A stretch of DNA of 64,000 nt from Aulosira sp. ZfuVER01. Lineage in GTDB: Bacteria; Cyanobacteriota; Cyanobacteriia; Cyanobacteriales; Nostocaceae. The stretch spans positions 64,001 to 128,000 of the forward strand of contig JAVRCV020000071.1 of NCBI GenBank assembly GCA_034530615.2, written 5' to 3'. The notes beneath the pieces are model-generated. The model was given only the letters and a program-made list of their open reading frames with translations, made no database searches and was not told where the DNA came from. A program made the position numbers and the translations under genes. Positions 42,237 through 52,243 of the stretch are shown piece after piece. Positions within the stretch are counted from its first letter, which is position 1. The number at the start of each line of letters is the position of its first letter.

Positions 42237-42878
42237 TCATCTATTCCCTTGATAGCCTTCAGCTAAATCCTCATCAAGAACGCGACGCACATGAATAAAC
42301 TCATCTGCTGCGGATATCTGAAGTAAATCTTCTACTTTTTTCCTAACTCTGCTCTTTATAGGTTGAGCTGGGTTCCCTGCATAAATTGTCATTGGCTCTA
42401 ACGAACGCCCTGTCACTCCCCCTAATGTCAGCACTGCTCCTCGTCCAACTGTAACTCCAGGGCCAATTACCGACTTAGCTGCAATCCAACTACTCTCATG
42501 AATATGAATTGGTGCAGGAATCAGTTTAAAATCCGGATGATACCAGTCATGATTGCCAGTGCAGAGATAGACCCCTTGCGATAAACACACATGACTTTCA
42601 ATTACCACAGGCGCAAGGTTATCAATCCAAGTACTTTCCCCAATCCAAACACAATCACCAACAGTCAAACGCCAAGGAAACTTTACCCGCACTCCTGGTT
42701 TCAGACGGACTTTTTGACCAATGCTAGCTCCAAAACTGCGAAGTACCCAAACTTTTAAAGTTGAAATGGGTAGCCAATTACTTTCAACTATAGGCGATCC
42801 GAGGAAGTACCACAAAAGTTGCTTCCACTGGGGTGCGCCAGGAGTATAACTGCCAAGCGTATAGTTATCTAAATGCAT
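42237..42878 (-). CDS. WcaF-like hexapeptide-repeat acetyltransferase
   Basis: FPWRLTVGD, LCTGNHD, YAGNPA. Confidence 0.88.
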   Translation of the reverse strand: MHLDNYTLGSYTPGAPQWKQLLWYFLGSPIVESNWLPISTLKVWVLRSFGASIGQKVRLKPGVRVKFPWRLTVGDCVWIGESTWIDNLAPVVIESHVCLSQGVYLCTGNHDWYHPDFKLIPAPIHIHESSWIAAKSVIGPGVTVGRGAVLTLGGVTGRSLEPMTIYAGNPAQPIKSRVRKKVEDLLQISAADEFIHVRRVLDEDLAEGYQGNR

Positions 42879-42886
42879 AAAGTGAG

Positions 42887-43456
42887 TTACTTAATATTAG
42901 GATTGAGGCTAGCTCCGGTACGTCCTGAGACAATCCAGAAAAGGGAGCGCCCAACATCCCGCAGGATGTGGGCAATCGATTCTCTAGGCCTATTAGAGGG
43001 GATAGAGACAGAAGTAAAGATAATGCCTTGACTGCCCAGAACAAGGATTGCTATGAATTTTGCTCTAGGCAGGTGAAAATCTGAGGTAACTAAGTAGACA
43101 TGCCGAATGTGGCTTTGCTTAAAGTCGGCAACAAGGCTAGTGAAGTTGGTAACTGTGTCAACAGCACGGTAATCTAGATGAAGACGGCTGTTGGAGATGT
43201 CTGCATTGTGGAAGATAGTACGGGCTGTATCTGGAGGTGAGCCACTAGAAACCCAGATATCTAGAGTGGGATGTATTTGAGCAAATTGGGCAGTGAATTC
43301 TTCTCGATCTGGACCGCCACCAAGGGTAAAGATAGCTTGAGGATAGGGAGCTTGGTAAGAGGCGATCGCTATTTTGATGGGAATAACACTGAGCAACACT
43401 AGGATAATAGTTACTAGGGTCAATATCCTATATTTTTTTAGTTTTCGATGCAACAA
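42887..43456 (-). CDS. YdcF/DUF218 (ElyC-like) protein
   Basis: LGG, AVDTVTNF, LVTSDFHLPRA. Confidence 0.85.
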   Translation of the reverse strand: MLHRKLKKYRILTLVTIILVLLSVIPIKIAIASYQAPYPQAIFTLGGGPDREEFTAQFAQIHPTLDIWVSSGSPPDTARTIFHNADISNSRLHLDYRAVDTVTNFTSLVADFKQSHIRHVYLVTSDFHLPRAKFIAILVLGSQGIIFTSVSIPSNRPRESIAHILRDVGRSLFWIVSGRTGASLNPNIK

Positions 43457-43480
43457 TAAATCCCCAACTAGTTAATCATC

Positions 43481-44710
43481 TCAAGAAAACTTAGATGAAT
43501 TAGCAAAATCAGAGTACATAGACATTACACACTCTGGCAGAGGTTTTTGATTGAGAATTGCCTGGTAAGCAGAAGCTAATTTTTTAGCTACTGTCTGCCA
43601 TGAGTACTGTTTTAACGCAAATAGCCGACCATTTTGCCCTAGTTCATCGCGCAGTTGGGGAGCATTTAAAAGATTGGCGATCGCAACTTGTAGGGTTTCT
43701 AGTTCTCCATCTACAATTATTCCCGCTTTGGCTTGAGCAATATCTGGAGCAATTTGTACGCCTGGTGTAGTCACAACAGGTAAACCAGCCACCATCGCTT
43801 CTGCTAGCGCAATCCCAAAATTCTCTGAATAACTTGGTAGTACAAATAAGTCTGAACCTTGCAACAGCAAATCTTTATCGTGTCCAGTAGCAAACCCGAC
43901 AAATGAAGTTTGGGCTGTAAGGTTGAGAGATGCGACAATTTGTTGTAGCGATTTGACGTATGCTGTTTCTCCAGATCCGGCAATTATCAAATGAAATTTT
44001 TGTTGCTGTTCTGCTAACATACCCATTGCTTGAATCAGCAGTTCCGGACGTTTTTTGTAGTGCAAACGCGAGAGAAAAAGCACAATAGGAGTTTCATCGG
44101 AGATATTATACCGATAACGCAGCTGATATTTAGCATCAGGGATTAATGTCGGTAGATGTACACCTAGAGGCAAGCCTATTTTAGGCGACTTGACTCCAAA
44201 CTGAATTGCATCTTCTACTTCACCAATAGAAGTAGAATGAATTGCCGCTGCACTATCTAAATTGTAGCGTTCAATAAGAGCGCTATAAACTTGCTTTCTT
44301 AATTTGCTTTGAGCCAGTGCCCAAGGCGTTAATTGCCCCATTGTTCTCACTGTATATGGGACTTGTTGACATTGAGCAACAATAGCGGCACAGCTAGGGA
44401 GATAAGAGAATAAATAGTGATTGTCTAAAATATCGTAGTGTTTAATGTTTTGCCACAGCCACCTACTGAACGAGAAAGAAGGAAGAAATGCCTTCATTTG
44501 AGCAGCTCGTGGAAAAAACCAAACTGGTAGTTCTTTGTATTCTACACATTCATAAAATGGAACATCTAAAAGTGTTTCTGCATCATCATTTGTTGTTGCA
44601 ATCTCTGCATTTATTCCTTCTTCCCGTAATGCTCGAACTAAATTAAGCACTACCTGAGTTGGTCCTCCTAGTTTAGGACTAATGGAGGGTATTACGTGTA
44701 AAACTTTCAT
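43481..44710 (-). CDS. Glycosyltransferase family 4
   Basis: LSRLHYKK, PSYSENFGIALAEAM. Confidence 0.92.
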   Translation of the reverse strand: MKVLHVIPSISPKLGGPTQVVLNLVRALREEGINAEIATTNDDAETLLDVPFYECVEYKELPVWFFPRAAQMKAFLPSFSFSRWLWQNIKHYDILDNHYLFSYLPSCAAIVAQCQQVPYTVRTMGQLTPWALAQSKLRKQVYSALIERYNLDSAAAIHSTSIGEVEDAIQFGVKSPKIGLPLGVHLPTLIPDAKYQLRYRYNISDETPIVLFLSRLHYKKRPELLIQAMGMLAEQQQKFHLIIAGSGETAYVKSLQQIVASLNLTAQTSFVGFATGHDKDLLLQGSDLFVLPSYSENFGIALAEAMVAGLPVVTTPGVQIAPDIAQAKAGIIVDGELETLQVAIANLLNAPQLRDELGQNGRLFALKQYSWQTVAKKLASAYQAILNQKPLPECVMSMYSDFANSSKFS

Positions 44711-44761
44711 AAATTATGAAGGGTAAACCTATGTTTGAAATAGGGTTGCTTAAGATAGTAA

Positions 44762-44892
44762 TAAGTAGCTCAACCTAATTAAACGTGAAATTTCATCACG
44801 TTGGTGGAACGCCTTCCTGTAGGGTACGGAGCGCAGTGAAGCCAAGTAATAGCAAAGACTCTATTTTATCTTTTTCAATCTTGACCTACTTA
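44762..44892. mobile_element. MITE-like element (131 bp)
   Basis: TIRs TAAGTAGCTCAA / TTGACCTACTTA (11/12); interior ACGGAGCGCAG.GAAG related to 53363-53490. Confidence 0.65.
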
Positions 44893-44918
44893 TCATTTCC
44901 TGTTAATTGCTTATACAA

Positions 44919-45018
44919 CTCATTACGAGTGAAGCTTAGACACAAAGAGGCTTCTAGCAGGGTAGCAAGCGTAAAAATCGGAGATTGCTTCGCTCCACTT
45001 TGTTACGCTCGCAATGAC
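44919..45018. repeat. REP-like inverted repeat element
   Basis: TCATTACGAG ... GATTGCTTCGCT ... CTCGCAATGAC. Confidence 0.6.
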
Positions 45019-45255
45019 AAATGTTTATACTAAGTTAAGTAGTCACAGAAATTATGACAAGTTATACCAAAACACTAAAGGGTTTTGATACCAAATGAAG
45101 CTTTAAATAAAAGCCTTCAAAATTGATGGAACGAAAGCATAAAAAGCTCAAAAAAGATAGATAATTTTATCTTTTCTTGTTAGTGAAGCTCATATATCTG
45201 TTTAATAAAATAAAATCAATTTAGTGAATTTATAGCTCAAATACCTACATTTCAA

Positions 45256-46710
45256 TCATTGTGGAGGATATTGATAAGGTAAGCGTTTAATTCCTAATAA
45301 AGAGGGAAATAGCTTTACAATAAATATCAGCGCTAGGACTGGCAATATTGATGTTGTTAAAACGCTTAAACTCCGCATTGTAATTCCAGCGGTAAAAAAG
45401 CCTAGAGCATTGACAACTGTACCATAACCAGTAGTATGAACAGCAGCAGTGCGCGACCACCAGCTGGCTAACATACCCAAAGCCAGGGATATAATTATGA
45501 CTGCAAGGATACCGCCAACCATATAACTTTCGCCAATATATGTTGAAGCTACAGTCCAACCTTGGGCACCTGTGACTTGCTCGATCGAGACACTCAGATT
45601 TTCTGGTTTGTCTGGCCAAAGTACCCTAGGTATTGGTTTAGTGGCAAATACAAACAAAACTTCCAGCCCCAAAAAATCATGATTTTTGGGAAATGTATCG
45701 ACTAATAAACCGATGCTGTTAAGGTTGTAGTCAACGGCTAGGGTTCCTTGCACTTTTTCAGTAGCGTAGGCTCCGGTTGCAAGGTAGCGGGTTATGCCCA
45801 TATCCCTAAACCCAAGCATGTGACGGGTTGCAAAAACCATTGCATACCCCATAACAGCAGTAGGAATTCCCACATTGAATAGATTAGGACGTCTCAGTGA
45901 GAGTAAATATCCTCCTAGAAATGTTGCAATATAGGAGCTAAAGACATTGCGTGTTCCTCCGGCAAATCCCTCAAAAAGAGTGAAAGCAAAGATTGTTATC
46001 ACCAAAAATATTTGCCAAGCCCGAAAAGATTGGCGGCGATTCCAGATAATGCCTGTAAGGGGAGGGATAACGTAGGCGAACAGCTTCAGTTCAGTTAAAA
46101 AAGATCGCCAATCACCTAAACGCTCCCGTCCCCACGGAACAGCAAACCGAGGGCCTAGCAAGGCATCGATCATTGTCAAGGGGTTGAAGTCAACTGACAG
46201 CAACATGTAGAAATAGGCGAGCAAGGCTGATACTAAGAAGAGACGAAATAAGACTTTGTTTGGGATGTGATTAAAGTCTAACCAGCCTTGCGGTGCTGGT
46301 TTCATAAAGTTGAAATGACGACCAATACCTAACCCTGCAAACCCAATTAAGAGAACGTAGAGCGCCTGAGCAGTTTGCTCAGGGGATAGGAGTTGATCGA
46401 ACTTGTCTTGTGGGTATAAAAACTCTACCAATGTCAAAAAGTACAGAGCCGTTAAACAAAGTAGATCTGCACGAAACAAATTTCGCCATCCCCGGCTACT
46501 ATCAAACCAGATGCTAACAGCTATTGCTATTGCTACTACAATAGCGACCTGACGTGCCATGAGGCTAGAGGTTTGGTCTATACTAATGGTTGTAAATGCC
46601 AGAAACAAACCTGAAAGTAAGGTAGATGTTCCTGCTACTGTTGCCGTTGCTACGCGTTTTTTAAAGACAGGGTGGCCTGGTTCTGGATACTGATTCGTAA
46701 AGATGTTCAT
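45256..46710 (-). CDS. Wzy-like polysaccharide repeat-unit polymerase
   Basis: More than 10 hydrophobic segments, GGTR, periplasmic loop with PIPRVLWPDKP, TYIGESY. Confidence 0.75.
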   Translation of the reverse strand: MNIFTNQYPEPGHPVFKKRVATATVAGTSTLLSGLFLAFTTISIDQTSSLMARQVAIVVAIAIAVSIWFDSSRGWRNLFRADLLCLTALYFLTLVEFLYPQDKFDQLLSPEQTAQALYVLLIGFAGLGIGRHFNFMKPAPQGWLDFNHIPNKVLFRLFLVSALLAYFYMLLSVDFNPLTMIDALLGPRFAVPWGRERLGDWRSFLTELKLFAYVIPPLTGIIWNRRQSFRAWQIFLVITIFAFTLFEGFAGGTRNVFSSYIATFLGGYLLSLRRPNLFNVGIPTAVMGYAMVFATRHMLGFRDMGITRYLATGAYATEKVQGTLAVDYNLNSIGLLVDTFPKNHDFLGLEVLFVFATKPIPRVLWPDKPENLSVSIEQVTGAQGWTVASTYIGESYMVGGILAVIIISLALGMLASWWSRTAAVHTTGYGTVVNALGFFTAGITMRSLSVLTTSILPVLALIFIVKLFPSLLGIKRLPYQYPPQ

Positions 46711-46728
46711 GAATTGAGATTTGGCGAT

Positions 46729-47910
46729 TCAATGTGAGAAGCAAGAAGATTTGCTGTGAGTGAGCTTTTCATAAAAAGCTTCGTATGTATCTACCATCTT
46801 TGCCAGGGAGAATTGCTGGTTTACGAGTTGATAACTCGCGTTCGCCACAGTAGCACGCAAGATAGGATTAATAAAAGCCTTTAATCCTGTAAAGTCTCCT
46901 TTTTCAGAAGCGACAAAGCAAACTTCTTGGTTAAAATTTAACTCATCTGCTAGAGATGGGGTGATAACACAGGGCAAAGACCAAGCCATTGCTTCCAGTA
47001 GGGCAAATGGTAATCCTTCAAACTCAGCAGGGTGAAAAAAGCCGTCTGCTGCTGCCAAAAATGGTGTAACATCATTTTGCCAGGGGAAGCGTTGAATGTA
47101 TTCTCCTGCGTCATTTTCTGTAATCCACTTATCCCATACTGGAGCCAAGCGACCATCTCCAACCCATAAAAAACGGGCAGAGGGGATGAAGTGTTTGAGG
47201 TTAGTTGCCCATTCTAAAAATAAAAGCGGTTGCTTTTGCGCTTCCATTCGTCCTACTGCCAAAACTAGTAATTCATCAGAATGGAGTGCTAATTGAGAAC
47301 GAGCTTGTTTGCGCTTCATCAAACGTTCTGATTCTTTGGGAACACGAACCCCATTCTCAATCACAACTATCTTTTGCAAAGTTGTAGTAGAGGGAGAGAA
47401 AAACGTCGTTAATTCCTGACCACGATTCTTTGAAATTGCTACTAGTGAGCCATTAAACCGTTTTAATGCTTTTTCTGCTATTAAATCGCGCCAATTGCCT
47501 AACGCAGCGCCTAAGCTTGCCTGAGTTTGAGTAATATGAATGGTTGCCAGATGTGGAATTAGTAGATGTTTACTCGATTCCAGTAAATCTAAGCCATCTT
47601 CTAAGTTCTGCTTGTTGAAATGAAGGATATCGGGTTGAAAAGCTTGCCATTGGGATATATATGCTGCATTTGATTGAGAAAACACATCTGAAAAGCAGCG
47701 CAGTGAGCGATGATAAGTATTGCGGTAGGGCAATCGCAATACTTCACCGAATTTGCCAAAGGTGTTCGCTAACTCATCCATTTGCGGATGTTGCGAACAC
47801 CATAACCCGACATAGTGACCTCGTTTAGCAAGTTCTTGTCCTAGATATATTAAATAAAGCTCTCCGCCACCTCTTGAGCCAGAGCTACTGCTGACAAACA
47901 GAATTCTCAT
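46729..47910 (-). CDS. Glycosyltransferase family 4
   Basis: GGGE, VGRMEAQK, FEGLPFALLEAM. Confidence 0.9.
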   Translation of the reverse strand: MRILFVSSSSGSRGGGELYLIYLGQELAKRGHYVGLWCSQHPQMDELANTFGKFGEVLRLPYRNTYHRSLRCFSDVFSQSNAAYISQWQAFQPDILHFNKQNLEDGLDLLESSKHLLIPHLATIHITQTQASLGAALGNWRDLIAEKALKRFNGSLVAISKNRGQELTTFFSPSTTTLQKIVVIENGVRVPKESERLMKRKQARSQLALHSDELLVLAVGRMEAQKQPLLFLEWATNLKHFIPSARFLWVGDGRLAPVWDKWITENDAGEYIQRFPWQNDVTPFLAAADGFFHPAEFEGLPFALLEAMAWSLPCVITPSLADELNFNQEVCFVASEKGDFTGLKAFINPILRATVANASYQLVNQQFSLAKMVDTYEAFYEKLTHSKSSCFSH

Positions 47911-47920
47911 GAGATATTTC

Positions 47921-49039
47921 TCAAGCCAAGGTGAACTGATGTATGGGCCTTACTAGTTCATGGAAAGCATTAACCCAAAGTTGAGCGCCTGCTTCCGGAG
48001 TCCAAGCTCCAACCTTTTCTATAGAAGCTGAACTAGCCATTTGAATTAACATCGGGTTTTGGAAGTAATTGGCTAAAACCTGAGTCAAGGTATCTACATC
48101 ACCATTTGGGAAAACGTAACCATTTTTTCCCTGATCAATTAAATCATAGGCAGCACCAACAGCATTAGAACAAATCACGGGTAGCCCTGCACCAATTGCC
48201 TGATTTACCACCACACCCCAACCGTCGTAGCGGCTGGGAAGCACAAACAGATCCGCTTGTCGAAAAAAGTACGGTAAATCTTCAGGAGCCTGAAAACCTG
48301 CATATTCAATGTTTCGGCGCGTTTTTTCCGATACAGTTGCCAATATCTGCGGTAAATCTGCTTCACGTCCCACTAGCAACAACCGCGCTTCCAGACCCAT
48401 CTGTATAAGTCGGTCAAAAGCTTGCAGCAAAAGGTCAACCCCTTTACGGGCAATGATTTGACCGCAGAATAAAATGGTTGGGGGAGTGCGGGGTCTTTGG
48501 GGAATATCATAGCTAAATGCAGATAAATCGCAGTAGTAAGGGATGTTAAATATTGGTTTACCAGGAAAACGCTGTTGGTAAGCTTGGACAGCTTGAGAAC
48601 CAATTGCCGCGATCGCTTGGCATTGTGATAATCCTCCGGCTAATGTCTGCTGTAGCTTTCCTTTTAATCCCCCAGATGTACCTAGCATTTTTTCTCCCCA
48701 AAACACGCAGGGAATCTGTTCTGCTTGCAATCTTAGTAGCATCTGAGCAGTTACACTCATGTAGCCATTGAGAACAACAACATCTGATTGGCTAATTTTC
48801 GGTAAATGCCAATTGATGTGAAATCGGGATAATCCCCATGCAAAATGAAAGCCAGGAAGAATGTGCTCGTAGGGCTGTAGTGGTTGTTCGGGCCAAGGCG
48901 AGTCGGTGCAGGCTGATTCTAAATAAAAGATATTGAGATTTATTTCAGGATGCTGAGATAATGCATAGAATAAATCTCGTTGATAGGGGGATGGTACTAC
49001 AGAATAGAAAGTAGCCCTAATCATTGACAGTAACTTCAC
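47921..49039 (-). CDS. Glycosyltransferase family 4
   Basis: GQIIARKG, PSRYDGWGVVVNQA. Confidence 0.9.
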   Translation of the reverse strand: MKLLSMIRATFYSVVPSPYQRDLFYALSQHPEINLNIFYLESACTDSPWPEQPLQPYEHILPGFHFAWGLSRFHINWHLPKISQSDVVVLNGYMSVTAQMLLRLQAEQIPCVFWGEKMLGTSGGLKGKLQQTLAGGLSQCQAIAAIGSQAVQAYQQRFPGKPIFNIPYYCDLSAFSYDIPQRPRTPPTILFCGQIIARKGVDLLLQAFDRLIQMGLEARLLLVGREADLPQILATVSEKTRRNIEYAGFQAPEDLPYFFRQADLFVLPSRYDGWGVVVNQAIGAGLPVICSNAVGAAYDLIDQGKNGYVFPNGDVDTLTQVLANYFQNPMLIQMASSASIEKVGAWTPEAGAQLWVNAFHELVRPIHQFTLA

Positions 49040-49070
49040 TCCTCTTACTGGCCTGGGAATCAGTAAATTT

Positions 49071-50297
49071 CTAAGGTATAAGGGTTTGCAGAGACTGAGA
49101 TAGAGTTGAAAGATTAAACTGGGATGGCTTAACAGAATGATTGGAGAAATATGTTAATTGCTCTGGATTTCTGAGAATAGATTGAATCAGATTTACGATT
49201 GCCTCACCACTCACTTCATCTAAAATCCAACCATTTACACCATCCACAACCACCTCACCACAGCAGCGAGAGGCAATCAAAGGAAGCTTCCACGCTTGCG
49301 CCTCCAGTTGGGTTAGTCCAAACCCATCGGAAAGAGTCGGAAACAAAAATATATCGGCAAGCTGATAATATTGGGCCGTTTCACTCCGATTGACATGACC
49401 CACCCAACGGATTTGGGGATGCATTTGTAGGTGAGGTGGAATGGTAATTTGCTGAGATCCCACAATCCAGAACTCTATGGGATATCCCTCAAGATGTTCT
49501 ACTGCTGACAACAGGGCTGCAATGCCTTTTCGTAAAATTACCTGCCCCAGAAATAAGACTCTCAAGGGACGGTCTTGAGAAAATAATTTTGGATAGGTGC
49601 GGACAAAATTTGTTGCTGCTTTTGGTGGAGTATAAACCAAGGGAATTACATGGATTTTGTTAGGATCAACACCTGTTTTTCCTACGAGTTGGCACGACCA
49701 GTTAGAATTTACAACAATGCGATCGGCTAGCGCACATTCTTCACGCCAGGTTTGCCAATATTTGGGAGGTGCAGGTTGCCATTCTGCACGATATTGGGGA
49801 TATTGTTCATACTCTTTAATAACAATTGCTTCTTCCAAAATACCTGGGTCAATTTGACCAAGAATGGTGTACCATCCCTGTTGTTTAGCAAATTTAAATA
49901 GCTCTAAAGCAGCGTAGCTGTAAGAAAAAAGAATTGGCGGAGTTGTGAACTGGTCAACTAGTGATGTTAGGGTCTTGATTGCCTGCTGTTGAAACCATTG
50001 ATTACGAGCAATAACTAGTTCCCACCCTGTTTTATTCTGAATGCGTTGAGTGAATTCAAAACTAATTAAAGATCTAGAAAAAGCGTGAACAGATGCTGGT
50101 AATAAATCTGGATGATATCTTTCCCTTAAATTAGCTAAAAGATTTTTAGGGAGAAGATTCAGTGAAGACTGAGAATAAACCCAAGCATCTGTAATTAGAT
50201 GAGCAAGTTTTCCCTGCTTCTGTATAGCTCTTGGAATAGTGTAATGCTCACGTGCTCCAATTTGACAGGAGATCCAATTAGAAGATGCTGTAAGCAT
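49071..50297 (-). CDS. Glycosyltransferase family 4
   Basis: GQVILRKG, PTLSDGFGLTQLEA. Confidence 0.9.
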   Translation of the reverse strand: MLTASSNWISCQIGAREHYTIPRAIQKQGKLAHLITDAWVYSQSSLNLLPKNLLANLRERYHPDLLPASVHAFSRSLISFEFTQRIQNKTGWELVIARNQWFQQQAIKTLTSLVDQFTTPPILFSYSYAALELFKFAKQQGWYTILGQIDPGILEEAIVIKEYEQYPQYRAEWQPAPPKYWQTWREECALADRIVVNSNWSCQLVGKTGVDPNKIHVIPLVYTPPKAATNFVRTYPKLFSQDRPLRVLFLGQVILRKGIAALLSAVEHLEGYPIEFWIVGSQQITIPPHLQMHPQIRWVGHVNRSETAQYYQLADIFLFPTLSDGFGLTQLEAQAWKLPLIASRCCGEVVVDGVNGWILDEVSGEAIVNLIQSILRNPEQLTYFSNHSVKPSQFNLSTLSQSLQTLIP

Positions 50298-50345
50298 TAA
50301 ATTATGGTTGAATAGGCTTAATCATATAATTTCTGAAAGCTATAG

Positions 50346-50400
50346 TAATAATAACAAGACTCCCAAACTTTCTAAAAATTTGGGAGTCTTGTTATTATTA
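50346..50400. terminator. Perfect 22-bp inverted repeat downstream of the RTX gene
   Basis: TAATAATAACAAGACTCCCAAA - 11 nt - TTTGGGAGTCTTGTTATTATTA. Confidence 0.7.
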
Positions 50401-50526
50401 AGTTCCAAGTTAAAAGTAAAAATACAAAATAAGATTTATCTTATGACTTTTTACTTTTTTAAAAAATTGCCTTTTCAGAAAATTCTTACAATTCCTATCA
50501 AATTAATTGCAGAACTCAGCTTGATG

Positions 50527-52137
50527 CTAGGCAATTATCAGAAAGTCCGTTGCTGCTAAAGATGGATTTCCTGTCAATGTTGCGACAAAACCACCACCTG
50601 CAATACCTGGAGTTGACCCATCTGGATTGTATAACAACCTTCCATTGAAGGTATTGTAAACAAAGAATGCATTTTCATTAGCCATACCATTATTGCTAGA
50701 GCCATAGCTCTTTGAGATAAAGCCTTGAGGAATAGCTAAATTTGAACCGACAGAGGTTTGCAGAGCAGTAAAGGTAGTAGCACTAAGATGAATTTTATCT
50801 CCTTGTGAACTCTGAAAGTCTGTAATCGTATCTTCTCTGATAGAAGTAGATAAAGTCCCTGTTGCACTTAAACCTGTACCGCCAAATTCAAAAATGTCAG
50901 CGCCCAGTCCACCGGTAAGAGTATCAACAGCACCTTTTCCAGCAAGGATATCATTGCCAGATCCACCTACAAGTTGATTATAAGAATTATTTCCAGTAAT
51001 AGTAGCATTAACGCTGTTATTTAAGGTGAAATTGACGTTAGTATTATTACTAATGATATTAATAAATTCAACCTCTGCTGAAGTAGCCCAAGAAGTAGTA
51101 ACTGTAACAGTATCAATGCCTTCACCACTATTCTCCACAACAATATCATTAATATTATCAATAGTGAAACTATCGTTACCAATACCACCTATTAATGAGT
51201 CTGCGCCAGTTCCACCATCAATTGTATCGTTACCAGACGAACCATTAATGGTATCATTACCGCCCAATCCACTTAGAATATTATTTTCACGGTTGCCAGT
51301 AATAACATTATTGACACTATTACCTTCGCCTTTAATCGGTGAATTGTTTGCAAGAACAGCAAGCATTAAATTTTCAACTAAACCTGAACCTATAAAGGTG
51401 ACTCCAGGTTGACTAATTAAAGAAGGTTGACTACTTAAAGAAAAATCAACTGCTGTAAAAATAGTATCTATTCCACTACCACCGTCGCTACTTTCGTCTA
51501 TAACCAAACTTCCTACTTGGTAAATAGTATAGACATCGTCTCCAGCACCACCTATTAAAGTACCTGTCTGAGAATTAGTAATTTCTAAATAGTCATTACC
51601 ATTTCCTCCATAGACTTTAGAACCGCTTCCTCCTTTCAAAGTATCAGATCCATCACCTCCTTTTAGAATGGTGTTAGAGGCATAACTCATAATAACCTCG
51701 TTTCTGGAAGAGCCAATTCCAGTAATACCATTAGTGCGCAGGTAAAGTCCTAGGGTTGTTGGATTCCCAAGCACATTAGACAGATTAAAGTTAACATAAG
51801 TGTTAATTGCTGCACTATCTGTATCAGTAATAATATCGCCTACGTTATCAACATAATAGGAATCAATACCAGCGCCACCATTCATAGAGTCAGCGCCAAC
51901 ACCGCCATCAAGCTGATCGTTACCGTTCCCACCAAAAAGCTGATCGTTACCGTTTTCACCAAAAAGCTGATCGTTACCATCGTTGCCAAAAAGCTGATCG
52001 TTACCATCACCACCAAAAAGGCGCTCATTGCCAGCTAAACCCGTGAGTGTATCATCTCCTCCAAGACCCTGTAACTCATCACCAGGATTTAAAGCATTCA
52101 AAACCTCACCCAATGAGGTTCCTCTGATGGTTGCCAT
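50527..52137 (-). CDS. RTX (GGxGxD) Ca2+-binding secreted/surface protein
   Basis: Many GGxGND nonapeptides; C-terminal DTITDF..GDKI.L, LLYNPDG, ATLTG.P.L...DF; no N-terminal signal peptide. Confidence 0.9.
   Translation of the reverse strand: MATIRGTSLGEVLNALNPGDELQGLGGDDTLTGLAGNERLFGGDGNDQLFGNDGNDQLFGENGNDQLFGGNGNDQLDGGVGADSMNGGAGIDSYYVDNVGDIITDTDSAAINTYVNFNLSNVLGNPTTLGLYLRTNGITGIGSSRNEVIMSYASNTILKGGDGSDTLKGGSGSKVYGGNGNDYLEITNSQTGTLIGGAGDDVYTIYQVGSLVIDESSDGGSGIDTIFTAVDFSLSSQPSLISQPGVTFIGSGLVENLMLAVLANNSPIKGEGNSVNNVITGNRENNILSGLGGNDTINGSSGNDTIDGGTGADSLIGGIGNDSFTIDNINDIVVENSGEGIDTVTVTTSWATSAEVEFINIISNNTNVNFTLNNSVNATITGNNSYNQLVGGSGNDILAGKGAVDTLTGGLGADIFEFGGTGLSATGTLSTSIREDTITDFQSSQGDKIHLSATTFTALQTSVGSNLAIPQGFISKSYGSSNNGMANENAFFVYNTFNGRLLYNPDGSTPGIAGGGFVATLTGNPSLAATDFLIIA
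51911..52020 (-). repeat. 27-bp coding tandem repeat x4 (GxxGNDQLF)
   Basis: AGCTGATCGTTACC at 51911, 51938, 51965, 51992. Confidence 0.9.
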
Positions 52138-52243
52138 ATTTATAATGTTCCTCTTTTCTATATATAGTCAAAGATGTAATAAAAAATTCTACTATGCCTT
52201 AGTAATTATACTGAATAAAGTTTAAATTTTATGTGAGGCAAAT

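Noticed and set aside
44785..45033. 82-aa plus-strand ORF
   Set aside because: Made up of MITE/REP-like sequence.
42237..50297. Possible hormogonium (hps) or heterocyst (hep) polysaccharide locus
   Set aside because: I recognise no diagnostic genes such as hpsA, the pseudopilins or hepA, so it cannot be assigned.
50308..50559. 83-aa plus-strand ORF
   Set aside because: AT-rich, runs through the 22-bp hairpin and is antisense to the cluster.
51911..52020. Regularly spaced repeat resembling a mini-CRISPR
   Set aside because: 27-bp in-frame period encoding RTX nonapeptides; no unique spacers and no cas genes.
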